Source: Eledone cirrhosa
Lineage: Eukaryota
Assembly (NCBI GenBank): GCA_964016885.1
Contig: OZ024741.1
Span: 246,946,001-247,010,000 of the forward strand
Direction of reading: 5' to 3'
DNA: 64,000 nucleotides
Part shown: positions 1-11,400 of the stretch, in pieces
Layout of the letters: each line of letters opens with the position of its first letter
Numbering within the stretch: position 1 is the stretch's first letter
The notes under the pieces: model-generated
Database searches by the model: none
Told to the model about the DNA's origin: nothing
The model's input: the letters and a program-made list of their open reading frames with translations, nothing else
Position numbers and translations under genes: made by a program

Positions 1-1555
1 TTTTTTAAATATTATCTCTCCTTGGCTGGCGGGAAATTATCTCCCCTTGGACGGCTGGAAATTATCTCCCCTTGGAAGGATGGAAATTATCTCCCCTTGG
101 ACGGCTGGAAATTATCTACCCCTGATTTTTTTTACAAATTATCTCCCCCTGATTTTTTTACAAATTATCTCCCCCTGATTTTTTTTACAAATTATCTCCG
201 CCTGATTTTTTTAAATGTTATCTCTCCTTGGCTGGCGGGAAATTATCTCCCCTTGGACGGCTGGAAATTATCTCCCCTTGGAAGGATGGAAATTATCTCC
301 CCTTGGACGGCTGAAAATTATCTACCCCTGATTTTTTTTACAAATTATCTCCCCCTGATTTTTTTTACAAATTATCTCCCCCTGATTTTTTTTACAAATT
401 ATCTACCCCTGATTTTTTCTACAAATTATCTCCCCCTGATTTTTTTTACAAATTATCTCCCCCTGATTTTTTTTTTACAAATTATCTCCCCCTGATTTTT
501 TTTTACAAATTATCTACCCCTGATTTTTTTTTACAAATTATCTACCCCTGATTTTTTTTTACAAATTATCTCCCCCTGATTTTTTTTACAAATTATCTCC
601 CCCTGATTTTTTTTTACAAATTATCTACATCTGATTTTTTTACAAATTATCTCCCCTTGGCTGGCTGGAAATTATCTCCCCTTGGACGGCTAGAAATTAC
701 CTCTCCTTGGACGGCTGAAAATTATCTCCCCTTGGACGGCTGGAAATTATCTCCCCTTGATTTTTTTACAAATTATCTCCCCCTGATTTTTTTTTTACAA
801 ATTATCTCCCCCTGATTTTTTTTTACAAATTATCTACCCCTGATTTTTTTTTACAAATTATCTCCCCTTGATTTTTTTTACAAATTATCTCCCCCTGATT
901 TTTTTTTACAAATTATCTCCCCCTGATTTTTTTTTACAAATTATCTCCCCCTGATTTTTGTTTACAAATTATCTACCCCTGATTTTTTTTTACAAATTAT
1001 CTCCCCCTGATTTTTTTAAATGTTATCTCTCCTTGGCTGGCGGGAAATTATCTCCCCTTGGACGGCTGGAAATTATCTCCCCTTGGAAGGATGGAAATTA
1101 TCTCCCCTTGGACGGCTGAAAATTATCTACCCCTGATTTTTCTTACAAATTATCTCCCCCTGATTTTTTTACAAATTATCTCCGCCTGATTTTTTTAAAT
1201 GTTATCTCTCCTTGGCTGGCGGGAAATTATCTCCCCTTGGACGGCTGGAAATTATCTCCCCTTGGAAGGATGGAAATTATCTCCCCTTGGACGGCTGAAA
1301 ATTATCTACCCCTGATTTTTTTTACAAATTATCTCCCCCTGATTTTTTTTACAAATTATCTCCCCCTGATTTTTTTTACAAATTATCTACCCCTGATTTT
1401 TTTTACAAATTATCTCCCCCTGATTTTTTTTACAAATTATCTCCCCCTGATTTTTTTTTACAAATTATCTCCCCCTGATTTTTTTTTACAAATTATCTCC
1501 GCCTGATTTTTTTTACAAATTATCTCCGCCTGATTTTTTTAAATATTATCTCTCC

Positions 1556-2809
1556 TTGGCTGGCGGGAAATTATCTCCCCTTGGACGGCTGGAAATTATC
1601 TCCCCTTGGAAGGATGGAAATTATCTCCCCTTGGACGGCTGGAAATTATCTACCCCTGATTTTTTTTACAAATTATCTCCCCCTGATTTTTTTACAAATT
1701 ATCTCCCCCTGATTTTTTTTACAAATTATCTCCGCCTGATTTTTTTAAATGTTATCTCTCCTTGGCTGGCGGGAAATTATCTCCCCTTGGACGGCTGGAA
1801 ATTATCTCCCCTTGGAAGGATGGAAATTATCTCCCCTTGGACGGCTGAAAATTATCTACCCCTGATTTTTTTTACAAATTATCTCCCCCTGATTTTTTTT
1901 ACAAATTATCTCCCCCTGATTTTTTTTACAAATTATCTACCCCTGATTTTTTCTACAAATTATCTCCCCCTGATTTTTTTTACAAATTATCTCCCCCTGA
2001 TTTTTTTTTTACAAATTATCTCCCCCTGATTTTTTTACAAATTATCTCCCCCTGATTTTTTTTTACAAATTATCTCCCCCTGATTTTTTTACAAATTATC
2101 TCCCCTTGGCTGGCTGGAAATTATCTCCCGTTGGAGGCTGGAACTTATCTCCCCTTGGACGGCTAGAAATTACCTCTCCTTGGACGGCTGGAAAATATGT
2201 CTCCTTGGACGGCTGGATATTATCTCCCCTTGGACGGCTGGAAATTATCTCCCCTTGGACGGCTGGAAATTATCTCCCCTTGGATGGCTAGATATTACCT
2301 CCCCTTGGACGGCTGGAAATTATCTACCCTTGATTTTTTTTACAAATTATCTCCCCCTGATTTTTTTTTACAAATTATCTCCCCCTGATTTTTTTTTACA
2401 AATTATCTCCCCCTGATTTTTGTTTACAAATTATCTCCGCCTGATTTTTTTAAAAAAATTATCTCCCCTTGGACGGCTGGAAATTATCTCCCCTTGGACG
2501 GCTAGAAATTACCTCCTTGGACGGCTGAAAATTATCTCCCCTTGGACGGCTGGAAATTATCTCCCCTTGATTTTTTTACAAATTATCTCCCCCTGATTTT
2601 TTTTTTACAAATTATCTCCCCCTGATTTTTTTTACAAATTATCTACCCCTGATTTTTTTTTACAAATTATCTCCCCCTGATTTTTTTTACAAATTATCTC
2701 CCCTGATTTTTTTTTACAAATTATATCCTCCTGATTTTTTTACAAATTATCTCCCCCTGATTTTTTTTACAAATTATCTCCGCCTGATTTTTTTAAATAT
2801 TATCTCTCC
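1556..2809 (+). repeat. Full HOR copy (1254 bp)
   Basis: Block order P (1556), P' (~1762), Q (2106), R (~2469), next P at 2810. Confidence 0.88.
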
Positions 2810-5800
2810 TTGGCTGGCGGGAAATTATCTCCCCTTGGACGGCTGGAAATTATCTCCCCTTGGAAGGATGGAAATTATCTCCCCTTGGACGGCTGGAAAT
2901 TATCTACCCCTGATTTTTTTTACAAATTATCTCCCCCTGATTTTTTTACAAATTATCTCCGCCTGATTTTTTTAAATGTTATCTCTCCTTGGCTGGCGGG
3001 AAATTATCTCCCCTTGGACGGCTGGAAATTATCTCCCCTTGGAAGGATGGAAATTATCTCCCCTTGGACGGCTGGAAATTATGTACCCCTGATTTTTTTT
3101 TACAAATTATCTCCCCCTGATTTTTTTTACAAATTATCTCCCCATGATTTTTTTTTACAAATTATCTACCCCTGATTTTTTTACAAATTATCTCCCCTTG
3201 GCTGGCTGGAAATTATCTCCCCTTGGACGGCTAGAAATTACCTCTCCTTGGACGGCTGAAAATTATCTCCCCTTGGACGGCTGGAAATTATCTCCCCTTG
3301 ATTTTTTTACAAATTATCTCCCCCTGATTTTTTTTTTACAAATTATCTCCCCCTGATTTTTTTTTACAAATTATCTACCCCTGATTTTTTTTTACAAATT
3401 ATCTCCCCTTGATTTTTTTTACAAATTATCTCCCCCTGATTTTTTTTACAAATTATCTCCCCCTGATTTTTTTTTACAAATTATCTCCCCCTGATTTTTG
3501 TTTACAAATTATCTCCGCCTGATTTTTTTAAAAAAATTATCTCCCCTTGGACGGCTGGAAATTATCTCCCCTTGGACGGCTAGAAATTACCTCTCCTTGG
3601 ACGGCTGAAAATTATCTCCCCTTGGACGGCTGGAAATTATCTCCCCTTGATTTTTTTACAAATTATCTCCGCCTGATTTTTTTTTTACAAATTATCTCCC
3701 CCTGATTTTTTTTTACAAATTATCTCCCCCTGATTTTTTTTTACAAATTATCTCCCCCTGATTTTTTTTTACAAATTATCTCCCCCTAATTTTTTTACAA
3801 ATTATCTCCCCTTGGCTGGCTGGAAATTATCTCCCCTTGGAGGCTGGAACTTATCTCCCCTTGGACGGCTAGAAATTACGTCTCCTTGGACGGCTGGAAA
3901 ATATGTCTCCTTGGACGGCTGGATATTATCTCCCCTTGGACGGCTGGAAATTATCTCCCCTTGGACGGCTGGAAATTATCTCCCCTTGGATGGCTAGATA
4001 TTACCTCCCCTTGGACGGCTGGAAATTATCTCCCCTTGATTTTTTTTACAAATTATCTCCCCCTGATTTTTTTTTACAAATTATCTCCCCCTGATTTTTT
4101 TTTACAAATTATCTCCCCCTGATTTTTGTTTACAAATTATCTCCGCCTGATTTTTTTAAAAAAATTATCTCCCCTTGGACGGCTGGAAATTATCTCCCCT
4201 TGGACGGCTAGAAATTACCTCTCCTTGGACGGCTGAAAATTATCTCCCCTTGGACGGCTGGAAATTATCTCCCCTTGATTTTTTTACAAATTATCTCCCC
4301 CTGATTTTTTTTTACAAATTATCTCCCCCTGATTTTTTTTTACAAATTATCTACCCCTGATTTTTTTTTACAAATTATCTCCCCCTGATTTTTTTTACAA
4401 ATTATCTCCCCCTGATTTTTTTTTACAAATTATCTCCCCCTGATTTTTTTACAAATTATCTCCCCCTGATTTTTTTTACAAATTATCTCCGCCTGATTTT
4501 TTTAAATATTATCTCTCCTTGGCTGGCGGGAAATTATCTCCCCTTGGACGGCTGGAAATTATCTCCCCTTGGAAGGATGGAAATTATCTCCCCTTGGACG
4601 GCTGGAAATTATCTACCCCTGATTTTTTTTACAAATTATCTCCCCCTGATTTTTTTACAAATTATCTCCCCCTGATTTTTTTTACAAATTATCTCCGCCT
4701 GATTTTTTTAAATGTTATCTCTCCTTGGCTGGCGGGAAATTATCTCCCCTTGGACGGCTGGAAATTATCTCCCCTTGGAAGGATGGAAATTATCTCCCCT
4801 TGGAGGGCCGAAAATTATCTACCCCTGATTTTTTTTACAAATTATCTCCCCCTGATTTTTTTTACAAATTATCTCCCCCTGATTTTTTTTACAAATTATC
4901 TACCCCTGATTTTTTTTACAAATTATCTCCCCCGGATTTTTTTTACAAATTATCTCCCCCTGATTTTTTTTTTACAAATTATCTCCCCCTGATTTTTTTA
5001 CAAATTATCTCCCCCTGATTTTTTTTTTACAAATTATCTCCCCCTGATTTTTTTACAAATTATCTCCCCTTGGCTGGCTGGAAATTATCTCCCCTTGGAG
5101 GCAGGAACTTATCTCCCCTTGGACGGCTAGAAATTACCTCTCCTTGGACGGCTGGAAAATATGTCTCCTTGGACGGCTGGATATTATCTCCCCTTGGACG
5201 GCTGGAAATTATCTCCCCTTGGACGGCTGGAAATTATCTACCCCTGATTTTTTTTACAAATTATCTCCCCCTGATTTTTTTTACAAATTATCTCCCCCTG
5301 ATTTTTTTTTACAAATTATCTACCCCTGATTTTTTTACAAATTATCTCCCCTTGGCTGGCTGGAAATTATCTCCCCTTGGACGGCTAGAAATTACCTCTC
5401 CTTGGACGGCTGAAAATTATCTCCCCTTGGACGGCTGGAAATTATCTCCCCTTGATTTTTTTACAAATTATCTCCCCCTGATTTTTTTTTTACAAATTAT
5501 CTCCCCCTGATTTTTTTTTACAAATTATCTACCCCTGATTTTTTTTTACAAATTATCTCCCCTTGATTTTTTTTACAAATTATCTCCCCCTGATTTTTTT
5601 TACAAATTATCTCCCCCTGATTTTTTTTTACAAATTATCTCCCCCTGATTTTTGTTTACAAATTATCTCCGCCTGATTTTTTTTTTACAAATTATCTCCC
5701 CCTGATTTTTTTTTACAAATTATCTCCCCCTGATTTTTTTTTACAAATTATCTCCCCCTGATTTTTTTTTACAAATTATCTCCCCCTAATTTTTTTTTAC

Positions 5801-6608
5801 AAATTATCTCCCCCTAATTTTTTTACAAATTATCTCCCCTTGGCTGGCTGGAAATTATCTCCCCTTGATTTTTTTTACAAATTATCTCCCCCTGATTTTT
5901 TTTTACAAATTATCTCCCCCTGATTTTTTTTTACAAATTATCTCCCCCTAATTTTTTTTTACAAATTATCTCCCCCTAATTTTTTTACAAATTATCTCCC
6001 CTTGGCTGGCTGGAAATTATCTCCCCTTGGACGGCTGGAAATTATCTCCCCTTGGACGGCTGGAAATTATCTCCCCTTGGATGGCTAGATATTACCTCCC
6101 CTTGGACGGCTGGAAATTATCTCCCCTTGATTTTTTTTACAAATTATCTCCCCCTGATTTTTTTTTACAAATTATCTCCCCCTGATTTTTTTTTACAAAT
6201 TATCTCCCCCTGATTTTTGTTTACAAATTATCTCCGCCTGATTTTTTTAAAAAAATTATCTCCCCTTGGACGGCTGGAAATTATCTCCCCTTGGACGGCT
6301 AGAAATTACCTCTCCTTGGACGGCTGAAAATTATCTCCCCTTGGACGGCTGGAAATTATCTCCCCTTGATTTTTTTACAAATTATCTCCCCCTGATTTTT
6401 TTTTTACAAATTATCTCCCCCTGATTTTTTTTACAAATTATCTACCCCTGATTTTTTTTACAAATTATCTCCCCCTGATTTTTTTTACAAATTATCTCCC
6501 CCTGATTTTTTTTTACAAATTATCTCCCCCTGATTTTTTTACAAATTATCTCCCCCTGATTTTTTTTACAAATTATCTCCGCCTGATTTTTTTAGATATT
6601 ATCTCTCC

Positions 6609-7861
6609 TTGGCTGGCGGGAAATTATCTCCCCTTGGACGGCTGGAAATTATCTCCCCTTGGAAGGATGGAAATTATCTCCCCTTGGACGGCTGGAAATT
6701 ATCTACCCCTGATTTTTTTTACAAATTATCTCCCCCTGATTTTTTTACAAATTATCTCCCCCTGATTTTTTTTACAAATTATCTCCGCCTGATTTTTTTA
6801 AATGTTATCTCTCCTTGGCTGGCGGGAAATTATCTCCCCTTGGACGGCTGGAAATTATCTCCCCTTGGAAGGATGGAAATTATCTCCCCTTGGACGGCTG
6901 AAAATTATCTACCCCTGATTTTTTTTACAAATTATCTCCCCCTGATTTTTTTTACAAATTATCTCCCCCTGATTTTTTTTACAAATTATCTACCCCTGAT
7001 TTTTTCTACAAATTATCTCCCCCTGATTTTTTTTACAAATTATCTCCCCCTGATTTTTTTTTTACAAATTATCTCCCCCTGATTTTTTTACAAATTATCT
7101 CCCCCTGATTTTTTTTTACAAATTATCTCCCCCTGATTTTTTTACAAATTATCTCCCCTTGGCTGGCTGGAAATTATCTCCCCTTGGAGGCTGGAACTTA
7201 TCTCCCCTTGGACGGCTAGAAATTACCTCTCCTTGGACGGCTGGAAAATATGTCTCCTTGGACGGCTGGATATTATCTCCCCTTGGACGGCTGGAAATTA
7301 TCTCCCCTTGGACGGCTGGAAATTATCTCCGCTTGGATGGCTAGATATTACCTCCCCTTGGACGGCTGGAAATTATCTCCCCTTGATTTTTTTTACAAAT
7401 TATCTCCCCCTGATTTTTTTTTACAAATTATCTCCCCCTGATTTTTTTTTACAAATTATCTCCCCCTGATTTTTGTTTACAAATTATCTCCGCCTGATTT
7501 TTTTAAAAAAATTATCTCCCCTTGGACGGCTGGAAATTATCTCCCCTTGGACGGCTAGAAATTACCTCCTTGGACGGCTGAAAATTATCTCCCCTTGGAC
7601 GGCTGGAAATTATCTCCCCTTGATTTTTTTACAAATTATCTCCCCCTGATTTTTTTTTTACAAATTATCTCCCCCTGATTTTTTTTACAAATTATCTACC
7701 CCTGATTTTTTTTTACAAATTATCTCCCCCTGATTTTTTTTACAAATTATCTCCCCTGATTTTTTTTTACAAATTATCTCCCCCTGATTTTTTTACAAAT
7801 TATCTCCCCCTGATTTTTTTACAAATTATCTCCGCCTGATTTTTTTAAATATTATCTCTCC
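6609..7861 (+). repeat. Full HOR copy (1253 bp)
   Basis: Order P-P'-Q-R with next P at 7862. The same 1253-bp spacing occurs at 12794->14047 and 21798->23051. Confidence 0.88.
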
Positions 7862-8499
7862 TTGGCTGGCGGGAAATTATCTCCCCTTGGACGGCTGGAA
7901 ATTATCTCCCCTTGGAAGGATGGAAATTATCTCCCCTTGGACGGCTGGAAATTATCTACCCCTGATTTTTTTTACAAATTATCTCCCCCTGATTTTTTTA
8001 CAAATTATCTCCGCCTGATTTTTTTAAATGTTATCTCTCCTTGGCTGGCGGGAAATTATCTCCCCTTGGACGGCTGGAAATTATCTACCCCTGATTTTTT
8101 TTACAAATTATCTCCCCCTGATTTTTTTTACAAATTATCTCCCCCTGATTTTTTTTTACAAATTATCTACCCCTGATTTTTTTACAAATTATCTCCCCTT
8201 GGCTGGCTGGAAATTATCTCCCCTTGGACGGCTAGAAATTACCTCTCCTTGGACGGCTGAAAATTATCTCCCCTTGGATGGCTGGAAATTATCTCCCCTT
8301 GATTTTTTTACAAATTATCTCCCCCTGATTTTTTTTTTACAAATTATCTCCCCCTGATTTTTTTTACAAATTATCTACCCCTGATTTTTTTTTACAAATT
8401 ATCTCCCCTTGATTTTTTTTACAAATTATGTCCCCCTGATTTTTTTTACAAATTATCTCCCCCTGATTTTTTTTTACAAATTATCTCCCCCTGATTTTT

Positions 8500-11400
8500 G
8501 TTTACAAATTATCTCCGCCTGATTTTTTTAAAAAAATTATCTCCCCTTGGACGGCTGGAAATTATCTCCCCTTGGACGGCTAGAAATTACCTCTCCTTGG
8601 ACGGCTGAAAATTATCTCCCCTTGGACGGCTGGAAATTATCTCCCCTTGATTTTTTTACAAATTATCTCCGCCTGATTTTTTTTTTACAAATTATCTCCC
8701 CCTGATTTTTTTTTACAAATTATCTCCCACTGATTTTTTTTTACAAATTATCTCCCCCTGATTTTTTTTTACAAATTATCTCCCCCTAATTTTTTTTTAC
8801 AAATTATCTCCCCCTAATTTTTTTACAAATTATCTCCCCTTGGCTGGCTGGAAATTATCTCCCCTTGGAGGCTGGAACTTATCTCCCCTTGGACGGCTAG
8901 AAATTACGTCTCCTTGGACGGCTGGAAAATATGTCTCCTTGGACGGCTGGATATTATCTCCCCTTGGACGGCTGGAAATTATCTCCCCTTGGACGGCTGG
9001 AAATTATCTCCCCTTGGATGGCTAGATATTACCTCCCCTTGGACGGCTGGAAATTATCTCCCCTTGATTTTTTTTACAAATTATCTCCCCCTGATTTTTT
9101 TTTTACAAATTATCTCCCCCTGATTTTTTTTTACAAATTATCTCCCCCTGATTTTTGTTTACAAATTATCTCCGCCTGATTTTTTTAAAAAAATTATCTC
9201 CCCTTGGACGGCTGGAAATTATCTCCCCTTGGACGGCTAGAAATTACCTCTCCTTGGACGGCTGAAAATTATCTCCCCTTGGACGGCTGGAAATTATCTC
9301 CCCTTGATTTTTTTACAAATTATCTCCCCCTGATTTTTTTTTTACAAATTATCTCCCCCTGATTTTTTTTTACAAATTATCTACCCCTGATTTTTTTTAC
9401 AAATTATCTCCCCCTGATTTTTTTTACAAATTATCTCCCCCTGATTTTTTTTTACAAATTATCTCCCCCTGATTTTTTTACAAATTATCTCCCCCTGATT
9501 TTTTTTACAAATTATCTCCGCCTGATTTTTTTAGATATTATCTCTCCTTGGCTGGCGGGAAATTATCTCCCCTTGGACGGCTGGAAATTATCTCCCCTTG
9601 GAAGGATGGAAATTATCTCCCCTTGGACGGCTGGAAATTATCTACCCCTGATTTTTTTTACAAATTATCTCCCCCTGATTTTTTTACAAATTATCTCCCC
9701 CTGATTTTTTTTACAAATTATCTCCCCCTGATTTTTTTTACAAATTATCTACCCCTGATTTTTTCTACAAATTATCTCCCCCTGATTTTTTTTACAAATT
9801 ATCTCCCCCTGATTTTTTTTTTACAAATTATCTCCCCCTGATTTTTTTACAAATTATCTCCCCCTGATTTTTTTTTACAAATTATCTCCCCCTGATTTTT
9901 TTACAAATTATCTCCCCTTGACTGGCTGGAAATTATCTCCCCTTGGAGGCTGGAACTTATCTCCCCTTGGACGGCTAGAAATTACCTCTCCTTGGACGGC
10001 TGGAAAATATGTCTCCTTGGACGGCTGGATATTATCTCCCCTTGGACGGCTGGAAATTATCTCCCCTTGGACGGCTGGAAATTAACTCCGCTTGGATGGC
10101 TAGATATTACCTCCCCTTGGACGGCTGGAAATTATCTCCCCTTGATTTTTTTTACAAATTATCTCCCCCTGATTTTTTTTTACAAATTATCTCCCCCTGA
10201 TTTTTTTTTACAAATTATCTCCCCCTGATTTTTGTTTACAAATTATCTCCGCCTGATTTTTTTAAAAAAATTATCTCCCCTTGGACGGCTGGAAATTATC
10301 TCCCCTTGGACGGCTAGAAATTACCTCCTTGGACGGCTGAAAATTATCTCCCCTTGGACGGCTGGAAATTATCTCCCCTTGATTTTTTTACAAATTATCT
10401 CCCCCTGATTTTTTTTTTACAAATTATCTCCCCCTGATTTTTTTTACAAATTATCTACCCCTGATTTTTTTTTACAAATTATCTCCCCCTGATTTTTTTT
10501 ACAAATTATCTCCCCTGATTTTTTTTTACAAATTATCTCCCCCTGATTTTTTTACAAATTATCTCCCCCTGATTTTTTTACAAATTATCTCCGCCTGATT
10601 TTTTTAAATATTATCTCTCCTTGGCTGGCGGGAAATTATCTCCCCTTGGACGGCTGGAAATTATCTCCCCTTGGAAGGATGGAAATTATCTCCCCTTGGA
10701 CGGCTGGAAATTATCTACCCCTGATTTTTTTTACAAATTATCTCCCCCTGATTTTTTTACAAATTATCTCCCCCTGATTTTTTTTACAAATTATCTCCGC
10801 CTGATTTTTTTAAATGTTATCTCTCCTTGGCTGGCGGGAAATTATCTCCCCTTGGACGGCTGGAAATTATCTCCCCTTGGAAGGATGGAAATTATCTCCC
10901 CTTGGACGGCTGGAAATTATCTACCCCTGATTTTTTTTACAAATTATCTCCCCCTGATTTTTTTTACAAATTATCTCCCCCTGATTTTTTTTTACAAATT
11001 ATCTACCCCTGATTTTTTTACAAATTATCTCCCCTTGGCTGGCTGGAAATTATCTCCCCTTGGACGGCTAGAAATTACCTCTCCTTGGACGGCTGAAAAT
11101 TATCTCCCCTTGGACGGCTGGAAATTATCTCCCCTTGATTTTTTTACAAATTATCTCCCCCTGATTGTTTTTTTACAAATTATCTCCCCCTGGTTTTTTT
11201 TACAAATTATCTACCCCTGATTTTTTTTTACAAATTATCTCCCCTTGATTTTTTTTACAAATTATCTCCCCCTGATTTTTTTTACAAATTATCTCCCCCT
11301 GATTTTTTTTTACAAATTATCTCCCCCTGATTTTTGTTTACAAATTATCTCCGCCTGATTTTTAAAAAAAAATTATCTCCCCTTGGACGGCTGGAAATTA

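Noticed and set aside
36-52. Plasmid or viral iteron-type replication origin
   Set aside because: Iteron arrays have a few to tens of copies next to a rep gene. Here there are thousands of copies and no coding sequence.
121-215. Poly-T tracts as intrinsic or Pol III terminators
   Set aside because: There is no preceding GC hairpin or transcription unit. The tracts are simply part of monomer B.
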